From Neodothiora populina (lineage: Eukaryota), in NCBI RefSeq assembly GCF_041146345.1, contig NW_027191413.1, positions 1,426,001 to 1,490,000 on the forward strand: a DNA stretch of 64,000 nucleotides, written 5' to 3'. Each line of letters begins with the position of its first letter. The first letter of the stretch is position 1. Positions 9,811 to 23,177 of the stretch are shown in pieces. The position numbers and the translations under genes were made by a program. The notes under the pieces were generated by a model, which saw only the letters and a program-made list of their open reading frames with translations, was not told where the DNA came from and searched no databases.

Positions 9811-11454
9811 ATGGCTTCAGTGCAGCGTAGACTACGTCTTTGTCAGTCCAGTTGGAAAACCTGCAGACCACAAAATGTATTCATACAAAGTTTAGGTGCA
9901 AGATGCCAGTCAACCCAGCAGGAGCCACTTGTCCAGCCAGACGGACAGAATGGAGCAGCGTTCCATAAATTAATGTCTACTTTGGAGGATGAGTATCTTG
10001 ACTCTTCCCTGCAGCCGGATCAGAATGCTGGGACAAAGCCATCAACCAGCAATACTGCTAGTGCGGTCAAACATCTGCGATTAGACAGGGTCAGCAAAGA
10101 CAAAGACACTGCGAAGTCTAGTGGGCGTGATGCGTCAATCAAACCTACCGCAAATGCAGCAACGCCTTCCACAGAATCGTCCAGACATGGAAAGCGTGTT
10201 GAGTCTCCCACGACCATGTCGCGAGAGCATCTCGCTGTGCAGAAGCTAGCAAAGCAATCTGCTCGCGCTCGAGTCCAAGATGGTGGACGGGAAGCATCTG
10301 TCAAAGTCAAGGTTGTCGACGGTCAGAAAAGACAAGTCTACGATCCCATCTTTCTTCGAGACTCTTGCAGATGTCCAAAATGCGTCGATTCGTCAACGCG
10401 ACAGAAGCTTTTCGCCACAACCGACATCCCATATAATATCCGCGTGAAAGACTTGTGGCTCAGAGGTACATCGATTCATATAACGTGGACCAACGATATA
10501 CCTGGCTATCCAAGCGATCATTCTACGGTTCTTCCTCAGAAATTTCTTAACCGGGCAATCACTAAGCCTTCGATGCCTGTGTACAAGTCGAATAGGACAA
10601 TATGGGACGCACAAACTTTCGAGCAAGGCTCCACGATGTTTGACTATAAATATTACAAGAGTGATCGCCGAATCTTGTTTCTCGTACTACGGCAACTGCA
10701 GAGATATGGACTGGTCTTCCTTCAGAATGTTCCTGGGGAAGAAAATGCCGTTGTCGACATAGCAACACGCATTGGCCCCTTGAAGAACACATTCTATGGC
10801 GATACGTGGGATGTGCGCAATGTTGCGGAGGCGATCAATGTAGCTTACACATCTCAAGACCTTGGGTTCCATATGGACTTGCAGTATATGCAGCAGCCAC
10901 CGCATCTACAATTCCTTCATTGCCTGAAGGCTTCATCTCAAGGCGGTATTTCCTTGTTCAGCGACTCCTACAAAGCGGCGAATGCCCTGTACAAAGTTGA
11001 CCGAGAATCATTCGACGCTCTCACGAAGTACGACGTGAACTTTCATTACGACAATGGCGAGCACCACTATCATCAGACTCGCCGAGTGATTGAGATGTCT
11101 CCTGGCGAGACTGATGACAGCACAGACATCAGCGCGAACATATCGGGTCTATACTGGTCGCCCCCTTTCCAAGGTGAATTTCATAATTGCCACGGGGCAA
11201 TACCGCTCGCGAAACAGGTCCGACGCTGGCACAAGGCTGCGCAGGCATTCCGCGATCAGATCGAGTCCAAGACAAATGTGTACCAGCATCAGCTGCTACC
11301 CGGACAATGTGTGATATTTGACAACCAGCGAGTACTCCATGCTAGAACTGCTTTCTCCGGCGGTGAAAGATGGCTGAAGGGCTGCTATGTCGACTGGGAT
11401 CCTTATATGAGCAAGCTAAGGGACTTGAGTCGGAAGTTTCCAGAGCTTACTTAG
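9811..11454 (+). CDS. Gamma-butyrobetaine-hydroxylase-like Fe(II)/2-oxoglutarate dioxygenase (TauD family), probably mitochondrial
   Basis: Arg-rich presequence-like N-terminus; GBBH N-terminal Zn motif LRDSCRCPKC; facial triad HMD...H in FDNQRVLHART; RWLKGCY. Confidence 0.88.
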   Translation: MASVQRRLRLCQSSWKTCRPQNVFIQSLGARCQSTQQEPLVQPDGQNGAAFHKLMSTLEDEYLDSSLQPDQNAGTKPSTSNTASAVKHLRLDRVSKDKDTAKSSGRDASIKPTANAATPSTESSRHGKRVESPTTMSREHLAVQKLAKQSARARVQDGGREASVKVKVVDGQKRQVYDPIFLRDSCRCPKCVDSSTRQKLFATTDIPYNIRVKDLWLRGTSIHITWTNDIPGYPSDHSTVLPQKFLNRAITKPSMPVYKSNRTIWDAQTFEQGSTMFDYKYYKSDRRILFLVLRQLQRYGLVFLQNVPGEENAVVDIATRIGPLKNTFYGDTWDVRNVAEAINVAYTSQDLGFHMDLQYMQQPPHLQFLHCLKASSQGGISLFSDSYKAANALYKVDRESFDALTKYDVNFHYDNGEHHYHQTRRVIEMSPGETDDSTDISANISGLYWSPPFQGEFHNCHGAIPLAKQVRRWHKAAQAFRDQIESKTNVYQHQLLPGQCVIFDNQRVLHARTAFSGGERWLKGCYVDWDPYMSKLRDLSRKFPELT

Positions 11455-12283
11455 ATCTTCGAACATGGATGCCACCTTTAAAGTAGTGCAACGTACTATT
11501 ATCATGTGGATAGGCATAACCAATGACTATATCGTAGCCTAAACCAGGCTACTGAGGCTAAAATGTCTCCAGTGGACTTGCCTACGATCCTTCGCGACCA
11601 CTAAAGCTGAGCGGGCAAGCACCCTCCAGCTTCACCGCGACAGTCGTCAAAGACGTGGTGCTGCATTTTGACAGACCGTATTGCGTGCTCTTGGTTGATA
11701 CCCCTATCGCCACTACAGGCCTTATTATCCAAGATAGTACAGCCATGAGCCTGGCCGATATCGAGAGGCACTCGGTTTGTTTCCGCGCTTCAGCGCGAGG
11801 ATAAAGGTCGTTGCCGAGCCTAGCTTCTGTGCATCTTGGCCTGCATGCCATTGGTGTATCGATTCCGGCTCTGGTAGCTGGGAGCCAGAATCTAAGGCCA
11901 TACTATACGGATTGAGGCTCACCTTACCTATCGAACGCAAGTACTCAGCATCTCATCGATTATGAACTCTGGATCGACACCTATGGATAAGATCCCTGTC
12001 AAGTATAGTGACCCCGAGGTTCTCCTTGTGAGGTGACTATGGGTGCGTCGTACTGGATGGTCGTACATACCTAGCTTTCAGGGGGCCAAGATATGCAGAT
12101 TCATGCGGCAGTGTACCTCGTACGTGCATTATCTCAAAAGGTAAGAATTGGGTTTCCTCATCCGTTCAACCCATTTCTTATCACTCTAAGCTCTCGTCAC
12201 ATATATCAATATTCTTCCTGTCCGATTATTTTAGAAGTCGTATGGTAGGTCTTGCTTGTTCAAGATCAAAATATTACATAAAA

Positions 12284-14359
12284 ATGCCTACAGCCACGAC
12301 CGAGACGAAGAGTGGGAGCGATAATGATCGTCCAGTAACCAGCAAGAATGGTATGACAAGCGATGAATACCAGCTGGCCACCCTAGGTTACAAGCAAGTC
12401 TTTGTACGGAACTTCACTTTCATAGAGAACCTGGCGGTCTCCTACTCATCTATGAACTTTGTCAATGCCCTGGTAATCATGTTCGGCTTTGCAATGGCCA
12501 CTGGAGGCCCTCAAGCGGCTCTTGCTAATTGGTACGAAAATGCCGAGTACTACGTCGAATGTCTATCATAACTTATTCTTGTGTTCGGAAGGACGATGGC
12601 TGGATCTCTTGCCCTCATGGTCGCCCTCAGCATGGTATGTAGCATCAACAAGCCAGTCCGGTTACCATGATATAAGCCTAGCTTTGTCGAAATTCAGGCT
12701 GAAATTGCAGCAGCTTTCCCAGTATGTGGAGGAATCTACTTCTGGAGCTATTGCTTAGGAGGTCCAGAGTGGGGTCCTTTTCTTAGCTGGGTCACCGCGT
12801 GGTTCAACTGGACGGGTTTGTGGTTTGGATATAAGTCACTAATACCTTTGGGCTGACAGCGCGTTAGGCTGGATCACACTTGTCACAGGTTTTGCACAGT
12901 AGGTTCCACCCGTACTCGCATTCTGGACTTCTTTTTCCTACGACGAGGATATACCTTGTAGTCTTGAGCTTGATTGTCTCTGGATCAGGTGTCCGCAGGT
13001 TGGAAACTTGCTGATGGCGATGCAGAGGCAACACGAATTTTCTACTTTGAGCGTTAGAGATCCTCTATCCCGACTCCAAGGTGATCAGAAAAGGCATTAC
13101 CCTCGTCATCTGATCATAAGTCACGCACTGATCGATTTCCCGACTAAGCATGGTTCGGTTCGGTCATATCTTCTATAACACTCATCTTCGGCTTTGCAGG
13201 TAACAGCCTGGACCGCCGCTTGTTGAAACATGCCATTCGTGCAACGATATATTCTGGCATTCTACTCCTCTCCTTCTATTGGATTTGGTTTCCTATTCGC
13301 GCCGCCAGAAATCATTCCTTTCAATCTGCATCTGTATTCATCAAGTTCCATAATGGCATTAACGAGGGTTCTACTAAACAAGCCTCGGATGCATATTGCT
13401 GGACAGTGGGCGTCCTCTTTGGCGCGTGGGACTTTTACGGGTATGATGCAAGCGTGCACATGGCCGAGGAAACCCTCGAGGCTTGTACGGTCGTGGCGAG
13501 AAGCATGTGGCTAGGCGTACTGGGCAACATTGTCGTCTCAATCCCTACCCTGATCATGCTGCTGTTCTGCTTACCCGATCTCGAAGTCGTGTTGAACAGC
13601 ACATACCCCAATAGCTTTGCCTCCTACTGCGAACAACTGCTAGGGCCCACAGGTGCCGCAGCCGTCCTCATCATACCCTGGACCGACGGTGCCATAACCA
13701 TGATCGTGGCCTTTCTGTCCCTCCAGCGCGTCACCTACGCCATCGCCCGCGACGGCATCCTCCCCGGATCCAAATACTTTTGCCGCCTGACCCCGAACAG
13801 CAAATTCCCAGTCAACGCAGGTTTCCTCTGCACCGCGCTATCCATCGCCATCTGCGCAACCGCAATCGCAAGCTCAGTAGCTTTCAACGCTCTCAGCGCG
13901 CTGGCTACAATCGCCGTCAATTTCAGCTATTTAGTCCCTGTCATCGCGCGCCACACAACCGGTCGTAACATGTTCCGTCCCGCGAAGTGGAATCTGGGCC
14001 GCTGGAGTCGCCCTATTGCCGCTGTCACCACGGCATATGTGTCGTTCTTGTTCGTCGTGCTTTGTCTTCCGCAGGTCTACCCTGTGACTGCCGTGGGTTA
14101 TTTGCACTCTTCCTGCTGCTCTTCTCTCTCTCCATCACTTCCCCCTTCCGAGACGCGAGCATGACTGACACTTTGTTTTTCTCCGCACCAACAGGAAACC
14201 TGTAACTATGCCCCTATAATGCTAGCAGGCATCTTCGCAATCTGTCTAGGCAGCTGGTTCGCCCCGTTCGGTCTGGGCGCTCGCGTCTGGTTCAAGGGAC
14301 CCCAGAGGACTCTTTCCGACGCCGACGCCTTGCGCGAAGGGGGCGTTCTGGTCCCTTGA
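12284..14359 (+). pseudogene. APC-family amino-acid/GABA/choline permease, 7 exons, apparently inactivated (or sequence error)
   Basis: Exons give LATLGYKQVFVRNF, AEIAAAFPVCGGIYFWS, YGYDASVHMAEET, RDGILPGS, NYAP...WFKGP. Exon 5 has an in-frame TGA at 13048-13050 (GNTNFLL*ALEILYP). The next intron (13094-13148) needs a GCATTA donor. Confidence 0.7.
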
Positions 14360-15377
14360 GCTTCGTTGTGGCCGTGATGGCGTTTGGTCAGCGAGTGCGC
14401 TTGCCGCGGTCGAGGTCTGATGCGGTCCCAGCAGTGTGGGGAATGAGGTGTGGAGTTCTTTGCTTGTGGCGCCGGACCTGGCTCGGTCGATACATATTGC
14501 TCGGGCACAGGATCGTGGGTTTTTGAGCCGTATACATGGTATCTCATTAGCTGGTTATGCCTTGCTTTACCACCAGATTGCTGTCGTGTCAACTGCGAAT
14601 CTCAAGTGAGACTCGTGGTGCGAGCACTATCATTGAGCATCAAGATGTGTTCTCACTGTGCTCTCATTGTGCTATTGCTGTTCCTTTTTGTCTTGAAGCC
14701 CTCTAGATGCTTAAACGAGTTGTGTTGGCAGCATGGGGTCGGTGAACAGCTCGCGATACGAATACAGTTGAAATTGCCCCTGTGAGAAGATCAAAGATAA
14801 ATCGCGGCTATGGCTTATGCAACTCTACGCAGCGGACAGACAGACATCACAAAACAACTCATGCATATGTGAATATGGTCCTTTTTCTCTTTGCGAATCT
14901 ATAAAGGAACGTCTAAAATAACAGCCAGGGCAGTAGTAGCAGCGGCGCACAGGGGAGGGGGAAATACATGTTCCCATCTCTCGACAGGAAAAAAAAATAG
15001 TCATCAGATCCTCCCAATCGATCGAACAAGACAGATCTAGCCAGAGACCTGGAGTAAATATGAAAGACAAATAACAAAACTTTGCGCGTAAAATAAAAGC
15101 ACGTATCCTTTGTTATGCAATGCAATGCAATGCGATGCGAGCCACGGTGTTGCTTGCCGAATTGTCCAGGGCCCGTGTTTATGTTGTCGCGGAAAACAAA
15201 CAACAAATTTCAAGATTGAACAAAAAACAAACAAATGTGTCACGCTCGTATGCGCCTCCTAGAAGTGAAATCAATTCGTTCCTTCTTTCCTTGATGAAAT
15301 TCCAAACAGCGTGTCAAAAGATATCCACGCCCAATCAAAACCTGGGTTCAACTTTTTTCCCCTCTTCTTCACTGCTT

Positions 15378-18300
15378 CTAGCGCAATTTCTGCATCTCAA
15401 AATCTGTGGTCGCGCTCTTGCTGGGCATCCTGTAGCCTTCCGGTGGCGAGAGCGTCTCATGTGCTGTTACTGTTCTCTCCATTTCTTGAGATGGACGCCT
15501 GACATTGCTCTCGTCGGTGTGGGTCCTCCAGGCGGCAGGGCTCACCAATCCAGTCCTGGGGTCCAGACGTGAACCGCCAGGCGAGTTCGTTGCTGTGGTA
15601 TTGTTCGAGTCTTCTGGAATGTCGGCCATGCCGTTTTCCATGAGACCCTGTTCATCAGCAATCGTGTTGCCACGATTACGGCTGAAGAACCTGTTGCGGT
15701 GCACACTGCGGCTTCCGTGGCTCAGGTGCGACTCGTTATCTGTAGAGCTTCGCTGCAGTGACGATGTACGCGCCGTGTTGTCGACTGATCCACGAGAGTT
15801 TGACCTCCGAGATTGCGACTCAGACACACGGTTACGGTAGTCTGGCGACGGAGAAGTGACGCTGATGGGAATCTTGGGTTTACGGTCTTCGAAGACGTCG
15901 CCAGCGAGATCTCCAGAAGTCATGCCGCTCATACCAAGAGAGAAGTCGACTCGACGACCCATTTGCGAAAGTGATTCGGCGCGTAGACGACTACCGCCGT
16001 TCTTTAGGATGGAAGTTTGACGGCCGGGTGCATGCGGCGGCAAAGGTCCGGGCACATCATCGGTCTCGTCATCCCTTCGTGGAGCAACGATTGCTTCCTC
16101 GTGATGCTCTTCTGGAGTCCATCCGTTATTGTTGTCAGGATGACCGCCGCGACCAGCACCAGGTGTAGGCATATGAGGCAACTGCTGCATATAGACGGGG
16201 AAGGACTCCTTTTGTCCGGGGAAACGCATGCGAGGACCTTCGATGCGAAGCTCTTGTAAACAGACCATAAGTGCGCAAATGAATTTGTTTCTTCGGGAAA
16301 TACGAAGGCCTTCGTTCTGCCAATTCGATTTGTAGAAGAAGACCACGTTCAGAGTGAGGGAGTGGACTTCGTTGACAGCGCGCAACTCTGTGATGACGTT
16401 GGTCTGGTACTCGCGCTTCTCCTGTTTCACGAATTCGAAGAGTTTGTTGCGAAGATCGTCGATTTGCTCGAGTGTGGTGCCAAACTTGATGATTATTGGT
16501 AAAGCTTCGGCCAGACCACCCGAACGACGCTGATTGAGAATGAATAGAGTGTTGAGATAGCTGTTCGGTGCTTGCACCACATGACCCTCCATCTTCTTGA
16601 ATTCTGTGTATAGCAGCGCAATCTCTTTGACAAAGTAATCATCGCCAGTGAGAGTAGCGCCTGTGTTTCCGTAGATGGTGACACGGTCACCGACATCGAA
16701 AGGATGCTTGACGAAGACGAAGATGCAAGACTGCAGGAACTCCTGCGCCGTGGCAGAGAAGAGCCAGGAAAGAGCGAGGATGGACGAACCAGCGGATGTC
16801 AAGACACCCGAAGCCGACGTGGAAATCAGGGAGATGAAAACGATGATGGTGATGATCAGGACAACGAACATGAAAACATCGTCAAGTTTGCCGACCACAG
16901 AGTCAAGATCCTTCAACGAAGCAGTGATAGATTTGCGCTCGCGACCGATCTCGACACAAACAGCCTCGAGTTCTTCCATCGAGATGTCACCGTTCATGTC
17001 CTTGTCAAACATAGAGAAAGCAGCTTCGGCTTCATCGTCGTTGTCAAAGGCGTTCTTGAGATCGTCTGGGTGTACCGTTTGTGTTTCTTCGTTGGCGAAT
17101 GTACGATACAGACGTCGTGCAAGGACCTGACTGCCAGAGGTCGTGTGTAGAAGAGCAAGAATGACCTGGCTTGGATGGGTACTCTTGTTGACTTTGCGAC
17201 CAGTGAAATCGCCAGCAATTCTTCCGGCAACATCGCCAACCTTATTGAGCACCTGTTTGGTCTGTTTCTGTGCTTGATCGAGGTATTGACCAGGCGTTCT
17301 AGCTCCAGAGCCTGGAATCGAGGGTGCGTCGAATTCAGCATCATCCATTGCAATCTTGTCCTTCGAGTAGGTATAGAGCTTGGTCAAACTGCCAATCTGG
17401 AATTTGTTGATTTCGATGCGATCGGCGTATGTTCTGAGATGGAAACTGATTGCAATAAGCTGGATAATGATCTTCTCGATGAAATTCAGAATGACGCCAA
17501 CGAAGATGGACACGATGATCTTATTCATCGTCTTCATCCAAGGTTTGATAGACTTCGTTCCATCGGCTTGGTGGTTCTCCATGATCGGCAAGAAGGAAAT
17601 CTCAACTCCAAGCCACCAGAAGAATAGGGTTGCAGGCAGCTCGAGTTGTTTGCCCATGTCTCTCCATTTCTTGCTGTTGTTGGTGAATAGGCTTGACACC
17701 AGACCGATTGGCCACGGCAATGCCTTTGCAACCAGGCGGCCAGCCCAGAGTGTGAGCCACAGGATTTCGAGCCAGATCATGAACCAGAGAAGCTCAACAC
17801 CACCGACACTGGCTTTGGTAGCGGGATTGACGAGTGCACCAATGAGTAGAGGAATGAGGAGAATCAGCACGACCGGAGTGATGTATGTGATGTAGCGGAT
17901 GACGAAGCTCTTTTGATGAAGACTCTTCATGAACTTTGCGAAGTTGCCTACGGGGTGCGCAGGAGGCTTATACACAGCGGTCTTCTCGTGAATTGGGTTG
18001 GTGGCCAGATCGAAGTCATCGATAGTGTCGTCTCTGCGAGATCTGGATCGACCCATGGTCGAATGCATTTCAGATGCTTCCTCCTCGGCAATTCGAGAGA
18101 TCTGTCTCTCGACCTTTAATAGCTCCAAGTCATCGTCGAGCCGCTTCGTTTGCTCGCGAGACTGCGAAGGCGAGCGCATGTCCCGGAAGGACTCAGCTCT
18201 TCGAGGAAACTCGTGAACGGTCTCGACTGTGAGATGACTGTTGCTTCGTCGCAGAGGCTTCGCGACGAAGTCGTGTTCTTGAGGGAGATCTGCATGGTCA

Positions 18301-18488
18301 TGTTGGGATTGATAGTGTGCATTGTCGCCGACCACAGTACCTTCCTCATCAGAAGATCGTTCGGTGCCGTTTGGACGATGGCTGCTGTTCGGGTCCGAAT
18401 TCACATTGTAGGAAGGAAGATTGTAGGCGCCTTCCTGCTGATGTTGTGTATATTGGGGTTCGCCCTTCTCATTGATGGGGGTGGCCAT
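15378..18488 (-). CDS. MscS-like mechanosensitive ion channel with EF-hand (Msy1/Msy2 type)
   Basis: 1036-aa ORF; several TM helices; EF-hand [12 protein letters not shown]; MscS signature [29 protein letters not shown]. Confidence 0.93.
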   Translation of the reverse strand: MATPINEKGEPQYTQHQQEGAYNLPSYNVNSDPNSSHRPNGTERSSDEEGTVVGDNAHYQSQHDHADLPQEHDFVAKPLRRSNSHLTVETVHEFPRRAESFRDMRSPSQSREQTKRLDDDLELLKVERQISRIAEEEASEMHSTMGRSRSRRDDTIDDFDLATNPIHEKTAVYKPPAHPVGNFAKFMKSLHQKSFVIRYITYITPVVLILLIPLLIGALVNPATKASVGGVELLWFMIWLEILWLTLWAGRLVAKALPWPIGLVSSLFTNNSKKWRDMGKQLELPATLFFWWLGVEISFLPIMENHQADGTKSIKPWMKTMNKIIVSIFVGVILNFIEKIIIQLIAISFHLRTYADRIEINKFQIGSLTKLYTYSKDKIAMDDAEFDAPSIPGSGARTPGQYLDQAQKQTKQVLNKVGDVAGRIAGDFTGRKVNKSTHPSQVILALLHTTSGSQVLARRLYRTFANEETQTVHPDDLKNAFDNDDEAEAAFSMFDKDMNGDISMEELEAVCVEIGRERKSITASLKDLDSVVGKLDDVFMFVVLIITIIVFISLISTSASGVLTSAGSSILALSWLFSATAQEFLQSCIFVFVKHPFDVGDRVTIYGNTGATLTGDDYFVKEIALLYTEFKKMEGHVVQAPNSYLNTLFILNQRRSGGLAEALPIIIKFGTTLEQIDDLRNKLFEFVKQEKREYQTNVITELRAVNEVHSLTLNVVFFYKSNWQNEGLRISRRNKFICALMVCLQELRIEGPRMRFPGQKESFPVYMQQLPHMPTPGAGRGGHPDNNNGWTPEEHHEEAIVAPRRDDETDDVPGPLPPHAPGRQTSILKNGGSRLRAESLSQMGRRVDFSLGMSGMTSGDLAGDVFEDRKPKIPISVTSPSPDYRNRVSESQSRRSNSRGSVDNTARTSSLQRSSTDNESHLSHGSRSVHRNRFFSRNRGNTIADEQGLMENGMADIPEDSNNTTATNSPGGSRLDPRTGLVSPAAWRTHTDESNVRRPSQEMERTVTAHETLSPPEGYRMPSKSATTDFEMQKLR

Positions 18489-20330
18489 CGTGAAAAGTCA
18501 AATCTGGCAGATGTGACTACTGTCACTCTCTCACGCTTTCTCCAGTTTTGTTGAAAGTCAAGGTCACAATCAACTCGGAGTGAGGAGTTTCGTGTCGTGT
18601 CAAGTATGGATCCCAATAAGGACTTTGGTTGTGAGTTCCAGGTCGGTATGCGTGAGGTGGATCAGTCTAATCCAGTGACGTCGATCCGATTAAGTTTTAA
18701 TTCAGGTAATGGAGACACCACCCTTCAGAATCCACAAGCTAATAAAGCGGGCCGTAACGCGGGCGGTCAAACGTAACAAAGGGCGGACTGTAACAATCCG
18801 CAAGGACAAAGGCGGGTTTGAACAAGTACGTGAAGCGAATGTATGGTCCCTTCATATACCAAGAGAGATTGACCGACGTCCAGAAGCAAGCAAAGATGGC
18901 GAGATAACCAAAAGAGCACGCCCACACACACGGGACAAAAGCAGATAAACTAATTATACAGAACACTTTTGATGAACCCCAGCAAATGCACTCTTGACGC
19001 TCAGTGGGCGAGACTGATGGACTACAGAAGCATATGCCAAGCCGCCATTCCTTCAGATCTTGTCCAGGACCGTCATGGCGTTGCCGAAAGACCCTTTATG
19101 TCCGTGCCGTTCTCGTGTACGAGTTGCTGGCCGGGGTGATCGTCAGTCCCGAGCAATCTGTTCGTCTCAATATCGGTGTGCAGCAAGTCCTCCTCTGGCT
19201 CGTGTTGAGGTGCTGAGAAGACGGTTCGACCAGATCCTCGATCTCTTCTGAGGATATTGGGAAAATTTGCAGTGTCGCATGGTCCAGAACTGTCTAATAG
19301 TATATTTCAAAACCACGTATACTCCGAGGACCGAACCATGTATCACGGTGTACTTTACGTACCTCTACTCGCAACATGATCCTTGGGATGCTCAAACAAC
19401 CGAAGCGCCACTGAGAGCGCCGCAATCCATGATCGGCATCGGCGCCCTTGCAGACCGCATGCAGGGGGGTGGAGCCGTTCGCTCTTGGCTGAACGTTGTG
19501 GCTTGCGAGAACGCGTGGTAATCATCCAGCAAACCCACTCAAACAGCTCGATAACGAAATATGGCCGTGAATGCTGCAACGACGGTCGGACCTCGAGATA
19601 CGCGTGCGTGTGCTGGCCATCTGTCGCTCACTCAGATTCGTCGATCAGCACGTCCAATCCGGTTCTGTCGCGTGCCATGAGTCGTGGCCTGTGTGTTTTG
19701 AGCGACCCTCGCTTGACCAGCATGTGTCGAGCGCAATTTCCTCGTGGATCTGTCAAAGATGGAGCGCACGTCGTTTCGCTCAACCTCGCAGAAAGGCCGG
19801 CGCGAACGTTCAACCAATTATAGACAGTACTCCGTACGGAGTATCTTCTCATCCTTGCTATATGTACCCTTTACCCAAGCATGATCACTTGTGGTCGCTT
19901 GTGGTCGCTCTCGACGGTGCTTCATAGTGGAACAAGTCGGTGGAACTGTTTATGGTCATAGCAGTCTGACCAGACCAAGCACCATGAACACTAGACATGG
20001 AAATCATTCGTCAACCAGTAAATCTGTCTCAAGACACAGATAACTTTCGTACACCTTCCGCTTCAGGAAGCAGCATCGAGCCTTCGACCAATGTCCATCT
20101 TGTGTGCTTGCAATGTGTGGTATACCTTACAAGCTTTCATGCAGCGGCAGGTCTGAGGCAGACACATAGAAAAACAGGCAGCCGAATTGATTGACCAGGC
20201 AGACAGATAGAATCATGGATAAGTATCTTAAGGTACGGAGTATCTTGCCATGTCTAAGGTAATCTGCTGAGACATACCTCAATCATCACGTCATTTTAAT
20301 TGATGCACTTTTTGGAAAATCGTCTGCGAA

Positions 20331-21823
20331 ATGTTGCAACAAAAGTCATGCTTTGAACGATTAGAAAACATAATCGTTTCCCCAACCCTTCGCCTTGTGA
20401 TAATGTAGCTGAGATCCTGGCATATTATGGAACACCATCTACCTCCATCGCTGTTCTCACCGACGGCACTATATCATCCCAATGCTACTCAACAGTCGGC
20501 GACGACTCAAAGACTGTTTTCCAAGCATGTAGCATCAGCAAACCTGTCGCAGCCATGGCTGCGATGAAGCTCGTTTCCCAAGAACGTCTTTCTCTTTTCG
20601 AAGCTATAACATCATATCTTCCTCCCTCGCTGCTCACATGTATCACTACGCCTGAGACAGCAGCTCTGCTCAAACATGTGACGGTGAAGCATCTTCTAAG
20701 CCACACCTCTGGTCTTACCGTCCACGGTCTTCCAGGTTACGATGGTCCGGGTTTGCCTGATGTTGACACCATCCTTTCAGGTCAAGCACCGACCAACACA
20801 TTGCAAATCCGTCTCGCCGGGTTTCCAGGTTGCCGATTTGCCTACTCGGGTGGAGGTTACATGATCCTGCAGATGATTCTCGAGCTCATCACCTCCAAGT
20901 GCTTTGCAGATCTCATGCACGAGCTAGTCTTCGAACCATTGCAGAGAACAAGATCATCTTACCGTACGCCCGGACGCGGTGATAACTACGCCAGCTCTTA
21001 CTACACAGGTTACACGAAGATGGAATCACGCTTTCATATCTACCCAGAGCAAGCAGCAGCAGGTCTGTGGACCACGCCCAGCGATCTGCTCAAGGTTGTG
21101 AAAGCTCTGCAGGACTCTGTAGCGCCATCTTCAGATACAATAGCATTTTGGCCTCGAGATATGGCAAAGGAAATGCTGACAGGAATCAGCGACGGATACG
21201 GCATAGGCTGGAACGTATCATACAAGGGAGACAGCGCCGCCGGCGTACCGTCTGCTATTCAGCATTCAGGCGATAATCATGGCTTTAAATGTCATTTGTT
21301 CGGCTTTCTGCCAGAGTCATTCGAGGCGAAAAGTGACTGTGGCGCCAAGAAGAAAGACACAACACTCGAATCCTCGGGCGTGTGTGTTATGACTAATTCT
21401 GGTCAAGGATACGACGTTGTCTGTAAGATCATGCACGCTCTTGCATATATAAAAGGCTGGCCAACATTGGCGAATGAGGCACAGAAAAATATGGTGATCG
21501 TACCGTTTTCATGCTCCCAGAGTGAAGAAATCCCATATGTCAAGTATGAGGAGACATGGCAAGATTGGACGGGCAGATGGGCCCAAGAATGGAGCTTGGT
21601 CAATGTTCGTGGCGTACCGCAGATGCAATTCCAAAATCTGCCCGCGGTGCAGCTGCTACCCGCTGCCATATCTGCTACGTTGCAGGAGGGAAGGCCATGT
21701 TTCAACTTTGTTGCTGAAGGACTGGATGTCATGGTCAAGCTGGGGTGGAGACATGACTTGAGAGTGATAGACGTCTGGCATGGAGGCCGAGGTGATATTA
21801 CAGCTTTAGAGCGACCATCGTGA
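20331..21823 (+). CDS. Beta-lactamase/penicillin-binding-protein-like serine hydrolase; 5' end disrupted or unresolved
   Basis: SxxK motif FQACSISKP lies just upstream of ATG 20555 in the same frame; LLSHTSG, FAYSGGGY, AAAGLWTTPSDL, HSG. The frame is open from 20357 with no ATG before 20555. The ATG at 20331 is in another frame. Confidence 0.8.
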
Positions 21824-22185
21824 AACATAGCGTATAAATGACGCGAATGCTTGTATTTCACTTGACATAATATAGCCCACTAAATGAGCCAGATTAGCGA
21901 AGCAGGCGCTCAGATTTGCAGATTCTCAAGTACGATCTTTGATTGTAGAAGTATAGTAGAAAGAAAAGTCAAATCGTCAACTTATCTATCAACACCATGT
22001 AGACCGCGACTCCAGTGGATTTTCAGTAGTACTCCTGCCTATAATTGGCAGCTCCATGCAATTTAATAAAATCGATGCCGAACGTCCAAGAATGTCCAGG
22101 GGTATCGCAAAAAAAGTTAAAAGATGGTCGACTCTAAACTTGCAACTGTGTCAAAGTAAATGGACGCTCGGGCCGTCCTAGTAGC

Positions 22186-23177
22186 CTATGGTTGCGGAGT
22201 GGCAGGCCTGGACGCATACGGCGTATGGGCTCTGGACAATGGCCCATTGATGACCTCGGCGTCGAGAAAGTCTTTACTGTCTGTAACGAAGCCCATGTTT
22301 GTGCTGAAGTCTATTAGCAATGCTCCTTGTATTTACGACTTCGTGGCACCTACGCGATGTTGTAATCACAAACTTCTTGGGCATTGAGACCGGTCATGGT
22401 TGCTGCGCAGTCACTGATGAGAATGCAATCCCAGCCCCAGTTGTACGCATCAGTAAGCGTGCCCAACAAACACTGATCTGTGTTGACGCCTGCAAACAGT
22501 AAGGTCTTCTTCCCACTGGCGGTGAGCCATTTGTGCATGGGGAGTTCAGGACTCCACATGCCACTCATTCGAGCTTTATCGAAGCGAACATCATCAGGTG
22601 TCATATAAGCCTTCAAGGGTTCGTAGATGTCGGCATTCCATGTGCCTGTAAAAAGGCATCTCTCTTTGCCGCCTTTGTTATCGGGAATCGGGGCGCCAAG
22701 TCCAACATGCCACCCATGACCCTTGTCCTTGATCATGTTCCTGTTGAAACCCCGGGTCACTGCTGCTGGCATGACCTTGAGGTCATGGTCGTTGATACCC
22801 CAGTTGCACCAAAGGACCTGGATTCCTTCCTTGCGGCATCGCGCAATGACCTTGAGTAGAGGATCAATTGTCGCAATACCTCCGGAGTGGTCGTGATACA
22901 TGGGGTGTACAAAGTAATTTTGCATGTCAATCACGACCAAGACTGATTTGGCAGGATCAATCGCGCAGCCGCGATGGTTTCTGATTCCATCGTCCGCATC
23001 GAGGATCAATTTACGAGCTGAGCCGCGAGAGAGGTCGAAGCGCTTCGAAGGAATATGGTAGTACCATTGGTCGTCACCCCCGAACGCGACGTGCTCTTGG
23101 ACGTCGTGTTCGACGGGTGGGTCAAACTGATGAGCAAGCTCGTTGATGTGTGCAACTTCTGCTTCGGATGGGGCCAT
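22186..23177 (-). CDS. Isochorismatase-family cysteine hydrolase (RutB/amidase-like); 2 exons
   Basis: Catalytic triad D (VIDMQN), K (FDKARMS), C (GVNTDQC). Intron near 22353-22304 joins NIA to TNMGFVTDSKDFL...PQP*. Confidence 0.88.

Noticed and set aside
20260..20290. CTGAGA-ATAC motif resembling a TPP riboswitch
   Set aside because: The downstream conserved aptamer elements are missing, and none were found near TPC1 either.
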